Of a DNA stretch of 44,957 nt, positions 17,501-26,500 are shown one piece after another. This DNA is from a virus (taxonomy: Duplodnaviria > Caudoviricetes), in IMG/VR virus record IMGVR_UViG_3300032305_001094, positions 1-44,957 of that record; one strand, given 5' to 3'. Under the pieces are notes generated by a model that saw nothing but the letters and a program-made list of their open reading frames with translations, was not told the origin of the DNA and searched no databases. The number at the start of each line of letters is the position of its first letter. Within the stretch, counting starts at the first letter, position 1. Both the position numbers and the translations under genes were made by a program.

Positions 17501-20500
17501 ATCCAGTTTGGTTTGTTTAGAGCCATTCCGCCAAGGAACTTAGCAGAATTTACTGTAGACATCAGCATTTCATAACCTAGTGATCCTAGGTCTTGTACTC
17601 CTCTGCCTAGCACTCCAAATGGACCACCCATTGGGGCGCCTGTTGATCTTGCAGTTGTGCCTACTTCATTTGATAAAATATTTGGAAGTACTGGTCCGCC
17701 CTGTGCAAACCTTTGTGTATTTAAAGCATCAAATGTTCCAACGCCATATTTAGCAACAGAGGCTGCTTTAATTACGTACTCGCCATTTGAAAGTAACGCT
17801 GGGATAGAATCAGATGTAGCAGTTCCTGCTCCAAAGACTGCGCCGCCACCAGCTCTCTTAACAGGAGCCTTTGCTTTAGGAATGTTTATTTCAGTACCTG
17901 CATATACAATGTTGCCTCGTAAATATTCTGGATTTAGTTTAGCAAGATCTTCATAACTTATTTTTAATGTTTTTGCAATTTGAGGTAAAGTCTTATCTCT
18001 TTTTACTGTGTACGTATCGTTTTCATTTGTATTAAAAAGATTAGAAAATATATCTGCAAGCATTCCTGCTTTTGATGGCTTATAGCTTGGTCTTGCATAA
18101 GCTACAAGAGGGTTGTATCTCATGTTGGCTCTAGTTAGCTCATAGTTATTTCTTTGAACGCTATCACCCATGTTGCCATCAATTGAATCAATCCAGTACC
18201 CAGGAACTCCATTAATATCTTTCATTCCTGAAATTTTTGTTACAAGGGCTGCGTGTCTTATTCTATTTGGAATCGCAGAATCGTATTCGTTTTTTGGATT
18301 CATTGCCCAATTTAAATAAAGTATATCTCCAGGCATTGGAGGATTCTTTAAAACATTAGCCCATCCAATATCTGATGTTTTTTCTAATCTTCTGTCTCTT
18401 GCAAGATCTTCTGGGAGCTTGATTTCTTTTTCCCATTTTGCATATGCTGCTTCATAGGCTTTAATATTTTTTTGACTTCCAATAAACTTTCCATCTTCAT
18501 TTTCATTATTACGACTTCGAGATACTTTAAAATCAGCCATTTCTGGATAAGGAGTGCTATATGAAAACTTATCTTTTGCAGTTGGCAAATCCATAGCAGC
18601 ATTTACAAGCTGTTGCAGTCCTGCAAAGTTTCTTGCGCCTCCTGCTGTATGGAAGGTGTCTGGTATTTTAACATCAGACATTGCTGCAGCCCATTGAATA
18701 AATGTTCCGCACCATGTAACAACATTTGACCCTAGGTTTTTAAGTTCATTAATCCATCTTGAATACTTGGTTACATTGTTTCCTTCTCCATCGACAACCT
18801 TTTCTTCACTAATTCCAAGTTGTGCTGTGGCTGTATCTATCATTCTTTCTCTAGTACCTAATGGTGAAGTAAGGCCTCTAAGTGTTGGATCTTTTCTTAT
18901 TGCCGCTGCGAGTCCGCCTGTACTAAATCTTTGTGCGTTTAAAGCATCAAAATGTTCTACGCCGTATTTTTTAACTGCAGATGCTCTTACTACATACTCT
19001 CCATTTGAAAGCAATGCTGGAATAGAATCTGACGTTGCAGTTCCAGCGCCATATATTGGACCACCTTGCTTAAATGTCTTAACCTTTTTGCTAGCTGTTG
19101 AGTTAAGCCAGTAACCTAGAACTTCTTTAGTTGTGTCTGTTCCCATCCAAACTTGTCCATCAATTCCATAAGTATTTCCCTGAATGACAACTTTTGTTTT
19201 ATTATCAAATGCTTTTCTAAATGCCTCGTTTACATCTCCAAAATTAGCAAAAAGTTTATTTGCAAGTGTTTGATTTGGTATTATAAAATCTTTATAACCA
19301 GAACCACTTCTTCCGTTATCTGATCTTTGTGGAAGGTCGTCATATACCTTTTTAGTAACTTCTTGTCCAGCAGCATTATAATATTTTTTGCTGGCTCCAG
19401 AGCCAGATGTTCCACCAGCAACTTGTGAGGAATCTGCTTGTTTTAATGCTCCACCAAATGATGCAACCTTTTTACCATTTACGTACACATCTCCATTTAC
19501 AATTATTCCACTCTTAATAAGTGATGCTTCAAGTCCTGATGATATGCTGTCGTATAATCCTTTGCCTGCATCCACGCCTGGTTTTCCAGTTTTTGGATCT
19601 ACTGGATATGGAGATAGATCAACCTTCAATGCTTGCGCTGCTGAAGTTATTGCAGCCAACATACCCTTTGCTTCTGGGGTGTCCTTCCAAGCTGCTAGTT
19701 GGTCTTTATTTTGTTGCAGAGCAGTTCTATAGTTTGCCATGGCAGTAATTAAAGTGCCGATTGCGCTTTCTTGTTTGCCTATTGCTGTAGATACATCTCC
19801 AAGCTTTTCACCAGCAAGTGCCGCTGCATCCGATAAGTTCTTTTGCTTGTTTTGAATGATTTCAATTTGTCTTAATAAAGGAGCGTTAGCAAAATCTGTT
19901 GCATCTTGAATTGCTTTAACCTGTGCGTTATACTGTAAATCGCTTTGTAGGCCCTGTATGTCTAAGCTTGCTTGCTGTGCTGCCGCTGTGTTTCCTGTAG
20001 CAAGTGCTGCGTCATACTCAGCCTGCTTTTTAGCAATCTGTATCGCTATATCATTTTCTTGTTTTGCTGCATCCAGTGCTTTTATTCTTGCGGCAGCTAA
20101 TTTATTATTGGCATCTACTTGTTTTTGAAGTGATGAAAGTCTATCTCTATCTGATATTTGTTGTGCTACGCTTTGACCCTTTAAAGCTTTTGTATACTTT
20201 TCTTGCAAACCCTTTAGTCTATCTAATTCTTTATATTGTGTTTTTAAGAAAGTTTGTCTACCAATTGCCTCAATAGATTTAGTTGCTGCCATTTGTAGTA
20301 AGTACAGAGCATTTACTTGTTGTGCATTAAGTCCTAATAAGTCTTGGGCGTATCCTCTTACCACAAGCCTTTCTTTTTGCCAAATAGATACGTTTGTATC
20401 TTGCAGGTCTATCATTTCGCCTATCACTGAGTTGGCTGCTCTTAACTCATTTATTGTCTCTTGAGTTATAGTTGTTTGTGCATCTTGTTTTGAATTTATT

Positions 20501-23500
20501 TTTTCTATGGCAGCTAGTTCGGCATCCCACATAATTTGTTTTTCTTCACCAGAACTTACAAAAGACGGCTTGCTCTTATCTGCTTTTCTATTTTTTAAAG
20601 CTATCTTTTGATCTTCTTCTACAGCAGCGGTAATTCCCATTTGTGCCGTGTTAAAAGCATTTGCTTGTTCTGTTGGGTCTAGCTTATTCTTTACTGCGTC
20701 GTTGTATATTCTTAAGGAATCAACAGCTGCGTCAATTGCTGTTTTTATCTTATTAAATCCTTCAGATTGAACTGTATACAGTGTTGCATCCTGTGCAAAA
20801 TTTGACAGAGTGTACATTGTGTAAATCTTTTTAGTTGCTTCTTCAGCAGTCATTCCCATAGAAATAAATTGAGTTTTTAGTCTCATTGCTAGATCCATTT
20901 GATCATCAGCACTAGTCTTATTAATTAATTTAATCTGATCTGCAAATTGTTCTTTGACTGTTTTCTTAAGCTTTTTAAATTCTGAAATTGATATGTTTAA
21001 AGGTGTTCCAGAACCAGTCATGCTTTGGAACATTAGCTGTTGAGCCTGTCTTATATTTTTGGCTCTTTCTACTGTTTCCTTTAATGAAAGGTTATAGTCT
21101 TTAAATTTAAGTCCTGCTTTTGCTGCCGCCTCTGCGGTCATTCCATAACCTAAAGCATTTAATCGCATGCTTTCTTTATGGTCTTTCCAGAGTTTAATTC
21201 CAACAACTACTGCTGTCGCAACAACTGCCAAAGGTAAGGCTAGTCCAGCAAGAGCTGCGGCTCCTGATGCTATACCACCACCACCTAGTGCGGCTCCAAT
21301 GCCCCCTGCGGCCTTTATTGCGGCTCCAGCCCTGAATATACCTTGCACTGCTAGTGGGGCTGCTATAGAGCCTATGATGCCTCCTGTGCTGCCTCCTACC
21401 TTACTTCCTAGAGCGTATCCACCTAGAGATGCTCCTGCTTGAGTTACCATTCCAGTTCCAGTAAATCTTGGGGCGGGACGACCTGGCTGGGTCATGTACG
21501 GCTGGCCCGTTGCTTTGTCAATCATAGGCTTACCATCTGGGCCCATTATAGGTTTTGGTTGTTCTCTTACTGCTCCGCCAGCCATCTTGTTTTGTATATA
21601 TGTAATTGGATGTAGCATGTTGCCAGTGCTGTATCTTAAGTTTGCGGCAAATGTACTTGCAGGCCCAGTACCAGAAACTCCAGGTGCCACTGTGCCATAC
21701 ATTTGTGGCCTAATCCATCCATTTACATATGATCCAGCAGCCTTAATGCTATTTCCAGCGGCTCTAGTAGCAACTACAATTTGATTACCAATATTTTTAA
21801 TTGAGTTTGCCATAGGAGTAAACGAAGATTTAATTTGTCCTGGTATTGTTTTTACATTTGCAATTAATTTAGTTGAGGCTAACTTAAGGCTTGCCCCAAC
21901 AGATTTAAGATTTGCTCCAATAGATGAAAATGCTGCTGTTAAATTATTATTAAATGCTTGGAAAGGAAGTCTTAGAGCTGGCATATAAGGCAATGATCCC
22001 TGTGGTGCATATACGTTTGTTCTTACTCCACCATTACCAACTATTGTTGTTCTTCCAACAGACATAGGCCCTTCTCTAAATTCTGGCGCATCGGTCTGTG
22101 CTGGAATATAAGCTGCTGCTCTTGCTCTCTTTGCAGCTTCTTGTGCTGCACGTGCAGCAGGATTTCCTTTACGTCCGTATGAATTTTTTCCGCGTCTGAT
22201 CATTCCGCCAAGAGCATAGCTTGGAATTATTCCCCCGCTATTTCTTGGAACAAATACTTCTGGGCCTTTTTCTCCAACTAGGTATGGTCTTCCAGCATTT
22301 ACTGGTCCGCCGTTTTCTCTTGCAGCATCATATACCGCCTCTAGCTTTAATCTATCTTTTCCTGCTGCAACTATTCTAAACTTTCCTCCCATGTAAACTT
22401 CACTTTCATTTACTGGGACTGGGCCCTTCGGAGACTGGAATGTTAGATCTGGAAATATTTCAGAAGCTGGTACAGCGTTTCTATTTTTAACAGAAGCAAC
22501 CATCTGAAGCTGGCCGAAGCCTTCTGCTGTGTCTGCATTTGTGCTCCATGAAGAGCGGCGCATAATAAACTCTTTGCCTACAAGGTCTGACCATCGGCCT
22601 TGCCTTATTAATTCTCTAATTGTTGGTGGAAGGGATCCTACGTCTTTTACGCCTCTATGCAAAGTTCCAGTAAACTTTGTTCTAATAGCTGATAGGTAAG
22701 CTTGAACAGCTGGGTCTCCTATGGCTGAGTAGTCTCCTTGCATATATCTGAATAATGCAGTTCTTGCTCTTGTTTCAAGAGTTCCACTGGCAAAAGCTGG
22801 CGTTGAAATTCCTTCTCTACCTCTCCAGTTTGTTGGAGATGAATATCTAACTCTCTCTCCTACATATTGATTTCTTACATGAAGGGGTGGTACATATCTT
22901 CCAATTTGTAACGTTCCGTGTAATGGATCATCATTTGATAGGTCTTGATAAAAACTTTTTGGCATAGGTCTTGATCCCATTACCATCTTGCCTTTACGTA
23001 TTAGGTCTAACTCAGCTGGTGTGTGCCAGACATCACCATTCTTATCCTTTGGCAGCTTAGCCCAATATGCTGCTTGCTGCCTTTCCATAAGAGCTTGTTG
23101 TTCTGGGTGTATTGTTAGAGGAGACTTATAGCTGCCTCTAAACATAGGGATTCCCATTTGCCCCATTACTAATCCGTAGTTTCTCTTAGCCTTTACAATT
23201 GGTCCACCAAGGGCAAACTCTGGCATCATGTGAGCTAATACTGTTGGCTTACCGTCAATCTTACCTATCTCGTAGCTGCGATAGGATCCCATGTATGCAG
23301 TGCCATGTAATTCATTTAATTCATCTAAGGTTTTTAAATCAGCAGCATTGTATGGGCTAATGGCTGTTTCTCTATCGTATCCATTTCTTGATGGATCTAA
23401 TGATTTGGCTCTTCTTTGTCCTGGTATGTTTAAGCTCTCTAGATATTGTTTTTTTAATCTTAGCTCTTTAGCAATTTCTAAATATTGTTTATGCTGGATC

Positions 23501-26500
23501 CTAGTCCATTCGGCTTCTCCAATTTTTCCTGTGCCGCTTAAGTCTCTTACAATGTTGTCTCTAGCACGGCCTGTAAGTTCAGCAATTCTTTCTGGGCGTA
23601 CTTTGTGTACCTGTAGGAATCTTGTTAGAGATGGCAAAGCTTCTTCTGCTGATCCGTGCATTAAGTCATAAACAATATCTGTTTTTTTAGCAGCTCCATG
23701 CGGAAGGGCAGAGTTTACACTAGCTCTTAGTCTTCCTCCCCAATTTCCAACATAGTAATATGTTCTGTCTGCTCCCATAGAAGCTCTTCTAGTGGATGGG
23801 CCAAAAGTTCTTGCTTGATATTCTATAGCCTCTTCAGCGGTTAGCTGTAGGTTTCTACCTTGAGCAATCTCTGGGGATAGCTTAGGGCCTCTTCTTGTAA
23901 TTTTTGCTATTAATGCTGCTAGCGCTTTAGGTGTTAGTGCTCCATAATTTGGTCTATCTAAAGTTATATGACCACCACCCATGTGTGCTGTTAGTGGGGT
24001 TCCGTTGTTTGCTGCATCTACTGCTTTAAGTAGCTCTGGGTTTCTCTGTATGCCTGCGCCAAATACTGTTTCTTTTGGAGTAAGCATTGCAGTTATTTCT
24101 CCACCGCCTTGATATGTGCTTGATGCAGCTTCTACTAAAGGCCTGTTTCGTGGATCCATTGATGCTGCTTGATTAAGTACATATCCTCCAACGGGAACAG
24201 ACCCTAGTCTGTCGTCATAGTTTACAGATGCAGGACCGCTTACCTGAGTTTTATTTGATCCAAAACTTTCAACAAGCCCACCATCATTAAATCTAGGGAC
24301 AGTTGTATGTATTGAATATCCTGCGCCAGAAGTTCTAACTCCACCTAGAGCCCTAGCAATTCTGTCAACCATTGTTGCAGTAGGACCTTTATGAAAAAGC
24401 TCCTTCATGTTTGATCTACCAGTTGCAGTTACTGCTGGCTGTCCAGTTAATGGAACTGTGCTTAAGCTTGCAGTTCTACCCATACCTGCTGCAACTTGTG
24501 CTGTTGTTGATACAAGCATTGCTTCGACTTGAGCATTCAAAGTTATTATTCTTGCTCTTGCTTGCTCTACAGTTATTTTGCTAGCCTTAACCTGCTCAAC
24601 AATTTGAGCAACTTCTGCTGCAGCGGTTTTAGTTATTTTTGAGAATTGAGGCAATAAGGCTTGATAAGAATCAGAAAGGCTTGAAGTAACCGTTCCAGTT
24701 GACATAACTTCTGCCTTAAGAACTTTAATTTCTGCCTCTGATTGCATTGCAATAGCTGCAGTCATTGCATGCCATTTAGCTGCTTCTGCTGCTACAATTC
24801 CTGTTGATACTCCGCCGATTGATGTCAATCCTGGAATCTTTGGAAGATCTCCATCCATATAAGCTTGTGGATTTTTACCGATTCTAAGATTTACTGGTCC
24901 TGGGTTTGGAACAACTCCAAAGATTGATCCTTGCTGCGGCGTACCTGCAGGTGTGAGGTGAGCCATCTGTCTGCTGTAAGGACTTCCAACAAGAGGATTA
25001 TTAGGATCAACTACTCTAGCGCTGGCCCCGCCAATATGTGCTTGTCCTGGCAATATTACGCCATTAGCAACCGTAGTGATTGCTGGGTTCATTGAAACTC
25101 TTGCTGCATTTGCCTTAATTTCTAGATTAGTAAATGATTGAGCTAATGTATTAACTGCAGAGGTTAATACCTTTGTTGCCTCTGCGTCTGAATAGAATTC
25201 GGCCTGCAACCCTTTTCCAGCCTCCATGGCTGCAATAATTTCTGGGGTGAGTAATTTAAATCCTTGACCACCTTTAAGCAGTGATTTAAGATGGAATACT
25301 CCCTTGATTACATAGCCTACAAAGTTTCCAAGTACACCAGTAAGCATAATAAGTGGACCAGCAATTGCGGTTAGTCCTCCTAAGAACCCTAACATCTTTT
25401 GAATAGGGTCTGGTAGCTGATTAAAGAATTTAACTATTCCAGATATAACATTTAATACGTAAGTGCTTATTGTTAAAAATTGATTTCCTATTTGTGCTAA
25501 ATCTGCTTGTACTGATGCCAATGCTCTCTTGTACTTTCCAGATGCAGACTCTGTTATCATGCTTAATTCTCGACTTGATACAGCTGCAAGATCTGCGGAG
25601 CTTGCTTTCATTAAATCTAAAACCTGTAGCGTCTGTGATCCTTGCTTTCCTAAGTTTGCAAAAAGAGCATTCATTCTTGCAAACTGGAATTTACCAAATA
25701 GCTGTTCTAGCGCTTGTTGTTTTTGTAGTGGATCAAGTGAATCTAATGCTGACTGTAGGCCCATTATTGTGGCCGTTAAGTCTCCTGCATTTTTTGAAAC
25801 AATTCCTTTAAGGTCAATTCCAAATCCTTTAAACATGTCTACTGCAACACCAGTTGGATTTACAAGTGCTGCTAATGCAGACTTGAGTGCGTTTGCTCCA
25901 GAAGAAGCATCAATTCCTCCTTCTTTCATTGCGGTCATATACAGCGCAAGATCCTGAATGCTTCCGCCCATTGCTTGAATTACTGGACCAGCTTTTGGAA
26001 TAGCCTCTGTTAAATCTTCAAGACTTGTAGAGGTTTGGTTTTCAACTGCGTTAAGAAAGTCAATTGATTGTGTAAGCTCATCTGTATTTTGCCTAAATGC
26101 ATTTTGAATTGCAAGAGTTGCTTTCATGGCTTGCTGTCTATCTACTTCACCAAGAACTGCAAGTCTTGTTGTTTGTTCTGTTGCTTTTATTAAATCATTT
26201 CCTTGTTTACCAGTTGCGGCCATGTCTGCGGCAAGTGCGATTGTGTCCTTGTATGCAACTCCATAAGATGATGCCATAGCTTTTGCTGTGGCCTCTACAT
26301 CTTTTTGAACCTGTGCTAGCTCTGCTTTAGAAGTTGCCGATAGCCCACCATAAACTTTTATAAGTCTTACTACTTCAGTATTGGCATCTAAGAATGCTCT
26401 TTGAGCCGCCATTCCAAATGCTGCAAGTGGTACAGTTAATCCAACAGTTAATTGACGACCAGCCCATTGAGTATTTTTACCCCAGTTAATTAATTGATTA

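Noticed and set aside
17689-19074. Possible DGR template/variable repeat pair or IS ends
   Set aside because: Differences are not adenine-specific and are largely synonymous; there is no reverse transcriptase or transposase in the window.
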